From positions 4,092,001 through 4,156,000 of the forward strand of contig JBHGNT010000012.1 in NCBI GenBank assembly GCA_043228905.1: 64,000 bases of DNA, read 5' to 3'. This stretch comes from Azolla caroliniana. Taxonomy: Eukaryota > Plantae > Polypodiophyta. A program made the position numbers and the translations under genes. Positions 51,056-64,000 of this stretch are shown in pieces. How positions within the stretch are numbered: the first letter of the stretch is position 1; each line of letters starts with the position of its first letter. The notes below the pieces were generated by a model. The model made no database searches. It saw only the letters and a list, made by a program, of their open reading frames with translations, and was not told the origin of the DNA.

Positions 51056-51348
51056 TAGAGAATACACAAGGTAAAAGTATATTGACAAAGGAGAAAGACT
51101 CAACATTATACAAGGTGGGAGGAGGGTGCTTTTATGTAGTCACCCTCTCTCTTCATTAACTACAAGGCTCATGGAGCATGGGGAATGTGAAAGCTCATAA
51201 GTTATGTGTCATAGAATATGATTCTATGACTCATACTAAATGCTGGAATACAAAGTGGTGACATAATGGTGACTCTTGACCGTTGGAGTGTCTCTTCACT
51301 CTCAAGGTGAGTTCACACACTAGACCAAGTTGAGCTTGATTCTCAACA
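48796..51348 (-). mobile_element. Internally deleted Ty1/Copia element (2.55 kb)
   Basis: Near-identical LTRs 48796-49209 and 50943-51348; TSD AGCCA; iMet PBS (reverse of GCTCTGACACCA, 50931-50942); gag N-terminus joined out of frame to RT-RNaseH. Confidence 0.95.
49403..50783 (-). pseudogene. Copia gag N-terminus (50783-~50553) fused to RT-RNaseH C-terminal part (~50552-49403)
   Basis: KLDRNNFAFWEYKMHQYL, then CRLTKPLYGLKQAPRAW, YVDD, YTDANWAG, HARTKHIEVHYHFIRE. Confidence 0.9.
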
Positions 51349-51584
51349 AGCCATACACATACTAAACTTGAAAAACACCCTGAAAATATACATTACATAT
51401 TACATGTATACACATACGTGCATTCATTCATACATTGCTACACGTATATACGTACATATGGCTACAATGGTACAAATATTTTACAAACAAACATCCATCC
51501 ATACATTACATTCATACATACATATCATCACACACACACACACACACACACACAATGGTCATACACACTATAATAGTACATATA

Positions 51585-54500
51585 TGTTAGGAAACAGCTC
51601 CTTCCGGATGGGAAGAGAGAACAAGATGTGGAGTACCCGGCAACGGAAGACCCGGTGAGAATCGGATGACGAGTGCCTGGCAAGGGCCGGATGATGCAGG
51701 CCCGGTGAGAACCGGATGACGAGTACCCGGCAAGAGCCGGATGGTGAAGGCCCGGTGAGAAGTACTCACCGGATGAAGGGACATATTCGTAAATATGTTT
51801 TTCTGAGAGTCCATCGGGGCCATATTTGTAAATAGCCGAAAAGTCATATTAGTATAAATATGACTTAGGGCAAACTTAGTCAAAAGTAGAGTTGTTGTCA
51901 TTCTTGTTGGTGCAAGATTAGAATGCGTAACTGTGTACACCCGGAGAGAGAGAGAGAGAGAGAGGAAGAGGTCGTTGCATCTATTGTAACCGCCGCATGT
52001 AGTGAAGATAGCAAGCTCGAGGTCGTTGCCTCGGTGCTTTACTATTGTACATTGTGATATAGTGATAGTTTGCAGTCTGTGGGTTACCGTGGTTTTTCCC
52101 TAGTTTGAGTTTTCCACGTTAACATCTTGTGTACTCTTCTCTTCTTTGTGTTGTGCGTTCATCACCCGTTTTCTGTGTTTAATCCTAGGCTCGGTTGTGG
52201 CCGAGCGTTGTTCATCAGGAGCGTGTATTCCTGTCAAAGTGGTATCAGAGCAAAACGACACAGAAAATGGACAAATCGTTGGGCAGCATGTTCAAGCTCA
52301 TTGGCTCCAACTATTCAGTGTGGAAGTCGAAGATGAGGGACATGCTCGTGGTTAAAGATCTTTGGTTGCCGGTTCAGTTCGGGAACAAGAGACCGGACAA
52401 AATCGATGCCACGATATGGGAGGTGATGCACATGAAGACAACGACGTATATACGGTGCTTCATCGACATGAGTCTATACAACAACTTCAATGAAGAGAGT
52501 AAGGCTCATGAGCTCTGGGAGAAGATCGGCATTATGTTTTAGAACAAAAATGTTGTTAATCAGGTTTTGGTATTTCGGAAGCTAGTAAGACTCCGATACC
52601 AAGATGGCTCCAAGATGGCGGAGCACATGAATGCCTTCCAGGGGCTGATCCACCAGGCAACATCATTGGAAGTACCTCTCGCCGATGAGGTACTAGCGTT
52701 ACTCCTGCTCGGTTCCCTCCCGATAGTTGGGAGACGTTGGTTGTCACTTTGGGCAACGCCGGGCCGGAAGGGAAACGGTTATCCCTAGCAAGAGTGAAGT
52801 CGAGCTTGCTAGATGAGGAGGCACGTCGGAAAGATAAGGATACGAGCTCCGACTCCAAAGCGCTCATTATCGAATCGGAACGCGGAAGACAAAGGAACCG
52901 TAGTCCCTAGAACCGGGAGAAGTCGGGGACACGGTCAAAGTCAAGGGGGAGGCCTACCTGCTTCTATTGCGGCAAGCCGGGACACTTCTAGAAAAACTGT
53001 CGGCACTTCCGAAAAGACAAGGAAACCAACGACACCGATTCGAAGCGGACACCGGACCGGAACGGTAAAAACCGGAGGGGAACGAACCGGAAGGGAACGA
53101 CGGCAATCGTGGCAAGTGAAAAAGAGTTGATGCTCATCACCGAGGAAAGTGACCTAAACCTTGCCGGCGACGAGATGACCTGGGTGGTCGACTATGGAGC
53201 GTCGTTCCACCTTACCCCGGACCGGAAATGCTTCTCATCCTACTCAGCCGGTGATCATGACTATGTTTGGATGGGGAATGAAGGTACATGCCGAATTGTC
53301 GGCATAGGAGACATGTGGTTGACAACACCAACCGGATGCAAGCTGTTGGTGAAGGATGTACGACACATTCCGGAGGTTCGTTTGAACCTGATATCAGCCG
53401 GTCGGCTAGATGATGAAGGCTACATGGGTAGCATCCGGAACGGTGTTATGAAGTTCAACAAAGGGAGCTTGATTGTGGCTCAGGCCCGGAAGGTCAACAC
53501 ACTATACCTAATGAATGCCCGGTTATGCGCGGAAGAAGTGAACATGGCTTCTGACACTGCCAGTGAGCTGTGGCACAAGAGGTTGTGTCACATGAGCGAG
53601 AAGGGGATGAAGAGGCTTGCAAACAACAACGTCATTCTAGTGAAGAACGTGCACTTGGAGAAGTGCACTGATTGTCTGGCCGGTAAACAAAACCTGACCT
53701 CCTTTCGATCAAGGCCACCGATGAGACGTAATGCACCACTGGAGTTGGTGCATACTGATGTGTGTCAAGTGGACACGAAGTCACATGCCAGATCGCAGTA
53801 CTTCGTGATGTTCATAGACGACCACAGCCGGAAGCTGTGGGCCACACCGTTGAAGACGAAGGATTAGGTGCTATTCGTCTTCAAAGAACTCCACACAAGA
53901 GTGGAAAGAGAAACTAGCCGGAAGTTGAAGGCGGTTCGAGCACATAACGGAGGTGAATATCGAGGACAGTTTGAGGAGTATTGTCGCTCGAAGGGAATCC
54001 GGCTCGAATTTACCATGCCGAAGATGCCGAAACTAAACGGGCTGACCGAGAGGATGAACCGGACCATAATGGAGAGGGTCCGGAGTATGGTGGCGCATGC
54101 AAAACTACCCAAGAAGTTTTGGGCAAGTTTTGGGCTGAGGCACTATCGATGACGACATATGTGATAAACAGATCACCCTCAGTACCCTTGGACGGAAACA
54201 CGCCTCAGAGAGTATGGATCGGTAAGGAAGTGTCCTACCGGCATCTGAAGGTGTTCGGGTGTCTCGCGTACGTGCATGTAGCTAAGGACCGGAGAGGAAA
54301 GTTAGATCCAAAGACCCGGCCATGCATATTCCTCGGTTAGGGCGACGATGAGTTTGGCTACCGAGTGTGGGACCCGGTCGACAAGAAGGTATTCCGAAGT
54401 CGAGATATTATCTTCATGGAGGACAAGACGCTCGCCGACTGGGAGTCGGAGAAGAAGGTAATGAACTCCGAGTCAATCGGTAAGGATCGATTCTACGATG

Positions 54501-57025
54501 AGCAGACCCAACCGGCAAGAGACCGGTTAGCACTCGATGAACCCGCCGGTTACGGTGAGGATCCCGAACCGGCAGAAGAAGAAGTAGAGGAAGCTGAAAC
54601 CGGAACCGGCCAAGACCCCGAATCGGATTTGGATGAAGATCAAATAGTGGAGCCGGTTGCCGAAGGCCAAAGACGGAGATATCCTCTCAAAGAGAGAAGG
54701 GCCCCCCGAAGATTTTCGGATGTAGAGCATGTGCTGCTGACCGATGAGGGAGAGCCAGAAAGCTTCGAAGAAGCGAAGGATGACGCCCATAGCCGCAAAT
54801 GGTTAAGTGCCATGCAGGATGAGATGGATTCCCTACATGAGAACCATACGTACGAATTGGTGGAGTTGCCGAAAGGAAAGCGGGCACTCCGAAACAAGTG
54901 GGTGTACAAGTTGAAACCGGGAGATGCCAACAACCCCCCGAGATACAAAGCCAGGATCGTGGTGAAGGGGTTCTAGCAGAAGAAGGGTGTGGACTTTGAC
55001 GAGATATTTGCCCCGGTAGTAAAGATGACCTCCATCCGGACGGTGCTGAGTATAGCGGCAAGCATGGACCTCGAGGTAGAGCAGCTGGACGTGAAGACGA
55101 CATTCCTTCACGGTGACCTCGAAGAGGAGATTTACATGCAGCAACCGGAAGGATTCGTGGAGAAAGGGAAGGAGCACCTAGTTTGCTGGTTGAAGAAGAG
55201 CCTATACGGACTGAAGCAGGCTCCCCGACAATGGTACCTGAAGTTCGACTCCTTCATGATAGATCAAGGGTACCACAAGACGCAAGCCGATCACTGCGTG
55301 TTTGTGAAGAAGTTCGAAGGAGGCGACTTCCTGATACTCCTTCTGTACGTGGACGACATGTTGATCGTCGGACGGGACCAAGCCAGAATACGGATGCTGA
55401 AGAAGGCTCTCAACCGAACTTTTGCAATGAAGGACTTGGGTCCGGCAAGACAGATGCTGGGGATGCATATCATCTGGAACCGGCCAACGAAGCAATTGTG
55501 GTTGTCATAGGAGACGTACATGACAAAGGTGCTTCAGAGGTTCAACATGTCAGATGCGAAACCGGTCAGATCGACACTTCCGGCAAACTGCAGGTTATCC
55601 GGTAAGCAAAGCCCGAAGACGAAAGCAAAGAAGGAGGATATGATAAAGGTTCCATATGCCTCTACCGTCGGGAGCTTAATGTACGCAATGGTGTGTACTC
55701 GACCGGATATTAGATACGTAGTCAGAGTGGTGAGCCAGTTCATGAGTAATCCCGGCAAGGAACACTGGAACGCGGTCAAATGGATACTCTGGTACCTGAA
55801 GGGCACTACGAATATGTGTCTCCAATTCGGCTCCGGTAAACCTCAACTTGACGGTTTTACCGATTCAGACATATCGGCTGATGTGGATACCAGCCGGTCT
55901 ACATCCGGGTATGTAATGACATATGCAGGGGGAGCTGTTTTGTGGCAGTCAAGGCTGCAGAAGACGGTTGCGTTGTCAACCACGGAGGTGGAGTACATGG
56001 CGGCTGTGGAAGCCGACAATGAAATACTATGGATGAAGGACTTCATCGGAGAGCTCAGTATCCAACAAGATGAATACCGGCTATATTGCGACAGTCAAAG
56101 TGCCATCCACCTTGCTAAGAACGCAGTGTACCATTCCAGGACGAAGCACATCCAGCGTAAGTACCACTGGATCCGGGAGCGAGTAGAAGATCGAGAGTTC
56201 ATGCTGACGAAGATCCACACGACCGAGAACAGGTTAGATATGCTGACCAAAGTACTGATACCCGACAAGCTGGATGCATGTCGGAAGCAGATCGGACTAG
56301 TAAGACATCCCATGCCGGAGTGAAGGGGGAGTTTGTGAGGAAACAGGTCCCTCCGGATGGGAAGTGAGAACCAGATGTGGAGTACCCGGCAACGGAAGAC
56401 CCGGTGAGAACTAGATGTGGAGTACCCGGCAACGGAAGACCCGGTGAGAATCGGATGACAAGTGCCCGACAAGGGCCGGATGATGCAGGCCCGGTGAGAA
56501 CTGGAGGACGAGTACCCGGCAAGAGCCGGATGGTGAAGGCCCGGTGAGAAGTACTCACCGGATGAAGGGACATATTCGTAAATATGTTTTTCTAAGAGTC
56601 AATCGGGGCTATATTTGTAAATAGCCGAAAAGTCATATTATTATAAATATGACTTAGGGCAAACTTAGTCAAAAGTAGAGTTGTTGTCATTCTTGTTGGT
56701 GCAAGATTAGAATGCGTAACTGTGTACACCCGGAGAGAGAGAGAGAGAGAGAGGAAGAGGTCGTTGCCTCCGTTGTAACCGCCGCCTGTGGTGAAGATAG
56801 CAAGCTCGAGGTCGTTGCCTCGGTGCTTTACTATTGTACATTGTGATATAGTGATAGTTTGCAGTCTGTGGGTTGTCGTGGTTTTTCCCTAGTTTGGGTT
56901 TTCCACATTAACATCTTGTGTACTCTTCTCTTCTTTGTGTTGTGTGTTCATTAACCGTTTTCTGTGTTTAATCCTAGGCTCGGTTGTGGCCGAGCGTTGT
57001 TCATCGGGAGCGTGTATTCCTGTCA
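51585..57025 (+). mobile_element. Full-length Ty1/Copia element (Tnt1/Tork-like), degenerate
   Basis: LTRs 51585-52236 and 56334-57025; TSD ATATA; PBS TGGTATCAGAGC 52240-52251; PPT GAAGGGGGAG before 56334. Confidence 0.96.
52267..56323 (+). pseudogene. Copia gag-pol with multiple stops/frameshifts
   Basis: gag LIGSNYSVWK; PR WVVDYGASFH; WHKRLCH; integrase NGGEY; RT LDVKTTFLHG, YVDD; RNaseH FTDSD...HSRTKHI. Confidence 0.93.
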
Positions 57026-57149
57026 ATATATACATACACGTACATACAGTAGATATTACATAGATATTATGCACATATTATAATCACACATCCATACACA
57101 TTGAATTATGTACGTTGACTTATGATACATACACATACATACATACTAC

Positions 57150-57660
57150 ATGGGAATTCAATGCACTAGCATAGAATTCCCGTTGAAACCTGTGAGCATA
57201 CCCCCTTGTCGGTTGAGTCGAACTGAAGAGGATGAAATTGCCCTACAAATCAAGGAATACTTGAGGATGGGACACATCCGGTATAGTAAATTGTCGTGGG
57301 GAGCTCCTGTCATCTTAGCCAAGAAGAAGGATGTAACTTGGCGAATGTGTGTGGATTACAAGGGTTTGAAAAAACTCACCATTCCCAATTCCTACCCTTT
57401 GTCGCATTTTGATGACTTGATAGATAGACTCCAAAGTTCAAGATATTTTACTAAGATAGACTTGCGTACAGGTTATCATTAGATCAGGGTTTCGAAGAAG
57501 ATGATTCCGAAACAACTTTCCGAACTCGTTATGGTCGTTATGAGTTTTGGGTTCTACCATTTGGATTGACAGACGCTCTAGCCACATTCCAACAACTGAT
57601 GAATGATATAGTCAAATATTAGCTTGGCGATTTCGTAGTTGTATTCCTTGATGACATCAT
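57150..57660 (+). pseudogene. Isolated Ty3/Gypsy (chromovirus-type) RT fragment
   Basis: PVILAKKKDVTWRMCVDY...[11 protein letters not shown], then LPFGLT and VVVFLDD after a stop/frameshift; no LTRs seen. Confidence 0.85.
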
Positions 57661-58014
57661 GCATTTTCTGTCTTTAGTGTGCGGTGCTTGATTTATGCAA
57701 AATCCTTTTGATGAATCACACATTATATAGTTCTCTAGTGTTAATCATAAAATAAAGGTGAAAGATACATACAAAAGGCGATCTTATGGAGGCTCACTCT
57801 ACACTAGGTTAATTTACCGCTTAAATCATCTTCTCAACATTCTAATTTCATGGAATACGTTGTCCAGCAAGGCTCACCCTAGCATTATGTAGCATTAGTT
57901 TATGCCACAATGTTATCTTTTTCAATTTTGCTCTTGTTGTTAGGAACGAGAAATATTCAGAGCCATAGCCTGAGAGTAGAAAATGCCTTTCATAGTGAAA
58001 GTAATCTCGAAGTC
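57658..58014 (+). repeat. Diverged copy of the sequence upstream of ZIFL (~30310-30856)
   Basis: Shared colinear blocks ATCCTTTTGATGAATCACACA, ATGGAGGCTCACTCTA, GGAATACGTTGTCCAGCAAGG, GTAGCATTAGTTTATGC, TAGGAACGAG. Confidence 0.88.
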
Positions 58015-60350
58015 TGTAAACGATTACTTGCGGAAGCGTTAGAAAACAGAGAAAGTAGAGAATACACAGAGTACACGGGAGAGACAGAGAGAGCAGAACG
58101 TAAAAGCTATATTCAAAAAAATATAAACACTCTATTCTTACAACTATGCTCAGTAGCAGTATTTATACAAGTCCTCGTGGGACTGACAAAAGTACCGTGT
58201 ACTTCAATGCTCACACGAGCATCTGACACTTACTACGAGACTATAACTGCCTAGTAATCTAAACTAATACTAGGCTTCCGGTTACCAATTGGTTCCGGCT
58301 AACCGGCTCCCCAGCTCACCGACTCTGTTGCTTGCCGGCTCGGTTGCTCACCGGCTTACTGATCCGTCTCGTTCACCGGTTCAGGCTTATCCAGCCGACC
58401 CGGCTCCAGTTGAGCTTGCCGCTCAACACTCCCCCTCAAGCTCAACTAGAGGTTGGATCCTAGTGTCAGCCTCTGTGGCAGTCGGTTCTTCCAACCGACT
58501 TCTCCTGGCGTCGCTCTGCCTTGCTCGCGCTCCTCGTCCGGTCCGGTCTTGTTTGTCGCGACCCTTCTAGTTCTACATGCCTCGACCTTCTCGGTCGGCA
58601 TGTCTGCTCAATAAGCCCCTCTCAGCTCCTTCGCTTCTATGACTCCGGCACTTGCCGATCCGTCAATTCCTCCGCGATGGCATCGACTTCCGCTGCATCC
58701 GTGTCTACTTGGCCTCTAGTTGATTCAGTTCATCCGGATCCGTCTGTTGATCCGAATCGGTTGTCTTCGATTCGTTCCAGCTCTTTTCCGAATCGGTCAC
58801 TCCCGACTCGTTCTAGCTCTTGTCGGAGTTGGTATCCTCCGACTCGTCTTTTGGTTTAAGGCCCTTCACCACATCAGACCACGTTCGGGTCTTGGCCTTG
58901 CTTCCATCCTCGGCTTCTTCAGTCGGTTCACCGAAGTCGAATTCTTCATTTGACTCCGTATCTCAGTCACTGCCGCCGTGATGATGATGATTAACTCCGC
59001 ATAGTATGCACTTTTCTTCCTGCGTGCACACTTCTTCTTTCCGGTTGGCTCGGTCCTCCTTGACCTTGCCACCACTGCCGCTCACTCTGACTTGTTCGGA
59101 TGTGTTGACTTTCTTCGTCGACTCGGCTTCTTTTTCCTCCTTGTCTCCCCCTCTTCGGTTCTTCCCTTACCGGTGTCGGCAACAGTTTCTTTGCCTTTGC
59201 CCGTTCCGGCGGTGTCTTTGCCCCTTCTTCTCCCCCTCAAGTGCAACACGTCGAGATGCTGAACACCAAGCATGTCGGTAAAGTGCTGCAACTTGTCCGA
59301 TCCGAGCGGCTTGGTGAAGATGTCAGCAACTTGCCGATCCGTGTGAACATACCGTAGTTCAACTTCACCGCTCAGGACCCGCTCACGCACAAAGTGATAA
59401 TGCACTTCTATGTGCTTCGTGCGAGCATGGAACACAAGGTTCTTGGTGAGTTGCATGTTGCTGATGTTATCACAATAGATCGGGATCGGGGTTGGTAACT
59501 CGATCCACAACTCTTGCAGCAGTCGCCGAAGCCAAATGGCTTCGCATGTGGCAACAGTCGCACCCCGGTACTCAGCCTCAGTGCTTGACAGAGCCACTGT
59601 TGGCTGCTTTTTGATGCTCCACGCAACAGCTGCGCTCCCAACGGAAAACATAAAACCGGAAGTGGATTTGCGATCCGACGCATCGCCGGCCCAGTCGGCA
59701 TCCGTGTAACCGACTAGCTCTTCGGTTATACCTCGCCAGTATAATAGTCCCGGGTCCTTCGTGCCGCTTACATATCGCAGTATCCGCTGCGCGCACTGAA
59801 GGTGCTCCACGGTCGGCTTCTGCATAACATGACTTATCATTCCGACTGAATAGCTTATGTCGGGCAGCGTGATAGTCAAGTAAATAAGGCTTCCGACAAT
59901 TTTTCGGAATCGTTTCTCGTTGCAGGCCGGTCTGGAGTTGGGACGAAGCTTCTGGTTCCGGTCCAAGGGTGTGGAGACAGGTCGACATTCTGTCATGTCG
60001 AACTTGTACAACATATTCAAGACATAATGTTGTTGTGAGAGCAATATGCTGTCGGGGGTTCGGATCACCTCGATCCCAAGAAAATAATGAAGGTCCCCCA
60101 GGTCCTTCATCTCAAATGCGTTCGACAACTGGGACTTGACACGGTTGACTTCTGGAAGACCCTGTCCGGTGATGACTAAATCATCAACATACAACAAGAT
60201 ACATACCGGACCGGCTAAGCCTTGCCGGATGAACAACGAAGAGTCGGACTTGGAGGCCGCAAACCCCATCTTACGCAACCAATGCGTGATCTTCGCATTC
60301 CAAGCTCGAGGGGCTTGCTTCAGGCCGTACAACGACTTCTTCAACCTGCA
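58015..60350 (-). mobile_element. 3' part of a Ty1/Copia element (3' LTR 58015-58428, PPT, RT-RNaseH), cut by an L1
   Basis: TG...CA LTR followed by CTCCCCCT (reverse PPT); ORF 59082-60344(-) KKSLYGLKQAPRAW, YVDD, YTDADWAG; similar to the element at 48796. Confidence 0.9.
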
Positions 60351-63300
60351 GTTGGTGATAATAGGCTGAAAGCTAGACTCTGTATAGCAATAAACGATAC
60401 CTGTTTGTTCTCTTTCTTACATTATGGAGTCTTGTCATGTAGTCGAGGTCAATATGCAATTTTTCAAATAGGTTTGAAGAAGTGGGATTTATTAAATATT
60501 TATGCTCCGAATAATGCAAGAGATAGAACAATACTTTGGAAGAGCATAATTTCACAGTTACCCACTGTGGATCATTGGGCGATTGCAGGTGATTTTAATA
60601 TGTTAGAGGATGTGTGTGATAGGGTAGGAGGAAGGTCACATACGGTAGCTGGTTCAGAATTATATGAATGGGAACGACTGATTTTTTCTTTGGGGTTAAT
60701 GGATTTGTGGCATGTATCTTCCTTTGTAAGGCTACAGGATTCTTTACCGTACTCCATATCAGATAGAAGAGAGGTACATACTAATTTGTCTAGGTTTGAT
60801 AGATTCTATGCCGATAAATTTATATGGGACAAAGGAGGCTCCATTGGAATTTTACCTTCATTTTCCTTTTTTGATCATGCACCACTTCGTATAATTATAG
60901 TTTTACAGGAACACTATAAAACTTCTAGATTTCGAATTCTGAATCACGTGTTTCTTAGACAAGATTGTGTTCCTATTGTACAGAATATTTGGAATAAGTA
61001 TGTCTATTCTTATGATTATGCATTATCTAATGTTCAAAAGGCTATTATGGAAATACGACAATTTTTTCACTATAAGGCCAAACAAGTAGTTCAATCGTCT
61101 TTCACAAAAATAGGAAGACTTCGTAGGGGATTGAGGTCCTTGCAACATTTGTAAGAGAGAAGGTCATATTCGACTTATATAAGTTCTAGAGTGATACAAG
61201 TAGGGAACCAGATATTAGAATTACAAAAGGTTTCTGCTGAATTTACTTACCACAATATAGCATTTGAATGGGCAGAGTCGGGAGATAAAGTAAATAAAAT
61301 GTTTTTTAAAATGCATAATTACCATAAGTCGGCGGCTAGGATTTCCCATTAAAAATGTCTGGATGGCTCTTATACCAATGATCCTAGTCAGATGCGGCAA
61401 ATAACCTCAGAATATTCTGATAATTTATTGAAGGCTCAATCCTTTTCTACTGACGATATATCTAAACGAGATATTATATGGTCGAGGATTCAACATAGAG
61501 TGTTTGTTCAACTTTCCGAATGTCTTTTGCAACCACTACGTCCTCAAGAGGTTTTTAAAACAGCAAAGGCCTTAGCAAAGGATGTTGGTCCTAGATTGGA
61601 TGGGCTGGTAGGGGTCCAATGGTATTTACAATATTGGGATTTGATAGGTGAGGGACTAACTAAAGCTTATCAACCGGTTTTAGATTCTGGACATATGCCC
61701 CAAGAATGGAATGACGGTTTAATCTACATGATTCCCAATCAAGTGGTTAGTTAGAGGAGCTTCGGCATTGGAGGCCAATACTTTGTTGAACATTATTTAT
61801 AAGATATTAGCCAAAACGTTAGCTAGACGTTTACAACCTTATCTTTCTGAACTGATTCATGATTCTCAAACAGGTTTTATACAAGAGTGAAGTATTTTTG
61901 AAATATTATTCTTTTTTGGGAAATGGTAGCTTTTGCTGAAGTGCAAAATCAAGAGTTGGCAGTGCTATTTCTGGATTTCGAAAAAGCTTATGACAAAGTG
62001 AATTGGAATTTCATGGAGGGTACTTTGCTTAAGATGGGTTTTCCAAATAGATGGATACGGGGTGTTTCAACATTATATCGTAATGCACATAGTTCGGTTT
62101 TATTTGCAGGGGATATTGGTAGACGTTTCTCTATTTCAAGATCAGTAAGACAAGGATGTCCACTTGCTCCTTTTCTGTTTTTATTAGTATCTGAAGCGTT
62201 TTCTGTACACTTAAATTCTCAGCATGTTAATATCAAAGGTCTAGCATTTCCATTTGCAGATGTTGGTGTTGATAGTGAGTTTGTTGATGATACAACTCTT
62301 TATATTCACGCCTCACAATTTAACTTGTTGCATGTTCAAACCAAAAGACTAGGGTGTCTAATTTCAGAGGGGCAAACATTATGATCTCTCAAGTGTTAAC
62401 GGTGTACTAGGTAACACTACCAACTTTGAGATTTGGTCATTTTCAGAATTGGTATGGTATGCTTTCGACATTGAATATACTTATAGGAGCTCGTTTTTAT
62501 ACTCAAAATGGCAACCTCTACTTTTATGAAGTTTTGGATAATGGTAGGTTGTTGTTAGTGGAGGAAGAGTCTTCAATTATGTCTTTTGCCAAGCAGCTGC
62601 CAGTGAGAGTAATTGCTAGGTTAGATAACAAGATATTTATAGATCCTAATCCATTAATTGCTAAGTATTCATCTCATATGTGGGTTTTACAGTCTAGACC
62701 AATTGCTGATCTGCAGTGGGTTCCATTAGATTATGGTTGGAAGTTGCCCATGTCTGACACGACGCAAGCGAAAGTTCTTCCATTTTTCGCATATTCTGTG
62801 GCATTGGGTAGAAAGGTTTTGTTAAATGAGATAGAGTCAAATTCTTGCGGGGAAAAAATATTGGGAAGAAGGTAATATGTCATCTTCATATATGTTGAAG
62901 TTCTGGAAATAGTTTTGGTCACTTAAATGTATGAACAAGGTATTGCACTTTCGATGGTTAATGATTCATTATGCATTGCCAATAGGAGCTTTATTGAGGG
63001 GAACAATACCTGATCGATCATGTGGTAGGTGTGGTTTTGCATCTGAGACATTGCATCATGCTTTTTGGGAATGTGTTACGGCCAAATGTTTTTGGTCTCG
63101 TATTCTTAGGCTTTTAGGTTGTAAGTATAGAGTTGCTAAATTCACGTGGGGTACAATCTTTTGGGGTACGTTGGCTCAAGAAACGGTTTTTTATCATCAT
63201 CATAATTCATCGTTGACTTTACATGTGAAAAGTTTTCAGGTGTACGTTACAAATAGCTCCTTGCAAGGAGTCAAGTTATTTTCCAGGTGTTATGTTTGGA

Positions 63301-63600
63301 ACATTATCTCCTCTTTGGCCTTAAGGATTATTTGGAAAGCAAGGTGTTCTAAAATATATAATGATGAACAAACTAATGTTGTAGAGCAAGTTAAATCTTT
63401 TTGGGAATTATTGGTAAATACGGTTAAAGGTGAATATGATAGCTATAAGGGGTTTGGAAATGTACCTAACCGGAAAAGAAATTGAATTAGAAGAGTCTGG
63501 TCAGCTATTCCTATTTTCTTGGATATAGCAGGTGAAGATGTTAAGTGGAATTATGTTCCACCTCGGTGGTTATTCCTGCCACCAGCGCCATTTATATTGA
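60351..63600 (+). mobile_element. L1-clade LINE ORF2 (endonuclease-RT-zf), 5'-truncated and degenerate
   Basis: APE motifs NIYAPN, AGDFN, SRFDRFY, DHAP; RT motifs LDFEKAYDKV, RQGCPLAP, FVDD; zf-RVT CGRCG...ETLHHAFWEC; internal deletion near 62340; 3' end not defined in the window. Confidence 0.92.
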
Positions 63601-64000
63601 ATACAACATGACTAAATAGGAAGTCCACATTAAATTGTCATTAGGACAATAGTGCATTAAGTTTGTTTGTAGTCATGGAAGTATTTCTAGTTGGTAAGGA
63701 TGAATGATGGTGTTGGCGGGGGGTTGAAGCACATTTTTAGGAGGGGATGCACACAATACATTTACTCTATTGTTGTTTGTATAGGTTTTAGGTGGTCAAC
63801 GAACATAGGGTTGATGTAGAAAATGAAGCACATTGTTGATGTGGAAAATGAAGCACATTCTAGTTTTGTGGAGGATGTTTGATGATGGTGTAAGGGGATC
63901 AAGCCAATTTCTTGAGGGGATTAGGAGAAAAACTCATTCTGTTTTTGTTACAGGATTTTTAGTGGACATTGGCAAGATGCTAATCGCCGAGATGGCTGAT

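Noticed and set aside
60222-61154. 310-aa ORF as a novel fusion protein
   Set aside because: Chance read-through from antisense Copia RT into the L1 endonuclease across the insertion junction at ~60350.
63600-64000. Splice-acceptor-like sites after L1 ORF2 suggesting exons
   Set aside because: No coherent reading frame; truncated by the window edge; more likely L1 3' UTR.

Overview
Eukaryotic, TE-dominated plant DNA (inference: a non-seed plant, probably a fern). There is one intact host gene: a 17-exon, ~519-aa ZIF1/ZIFL-type MFS transporter on the + strand at 32135-39497. Left of it lie a non-autonomous hAT element (270-3746, 8-bp TSD) carrying a truncated LINE, and a nested stack spanning 4002-24736. 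The outer element of the stack is an unusual Ty3/Gypsy with a tRNA-Trp PBS, a 4-bp TSD, a candidate -1 frameshift after the protease and a fungal-like RT. Into its integrase has inserted a gag-only non-autonomous LTR element sharing its PBS, PPT block, LTR 5' end and TSD length; this in turn carries a Copia element and a LINE fragment. A 5 x 354-bp tandem array precedes the gene. Right of the gene are a hAT MITE with two convergent tRNA-like Pol III modules, a ~285-bp repeat array containing a copied piece of the ZIFL gene, a solo LTR, three Copia elements, a Gypsy RT fragment, a second copy of the ZIFL upstream region and an L1 LINE. The best candidate for an undescribed system is the tRNA-Trp-primed Gypsy plus its gag-only satellite. 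All calls are from reading the sequence by eye; no searches were run.
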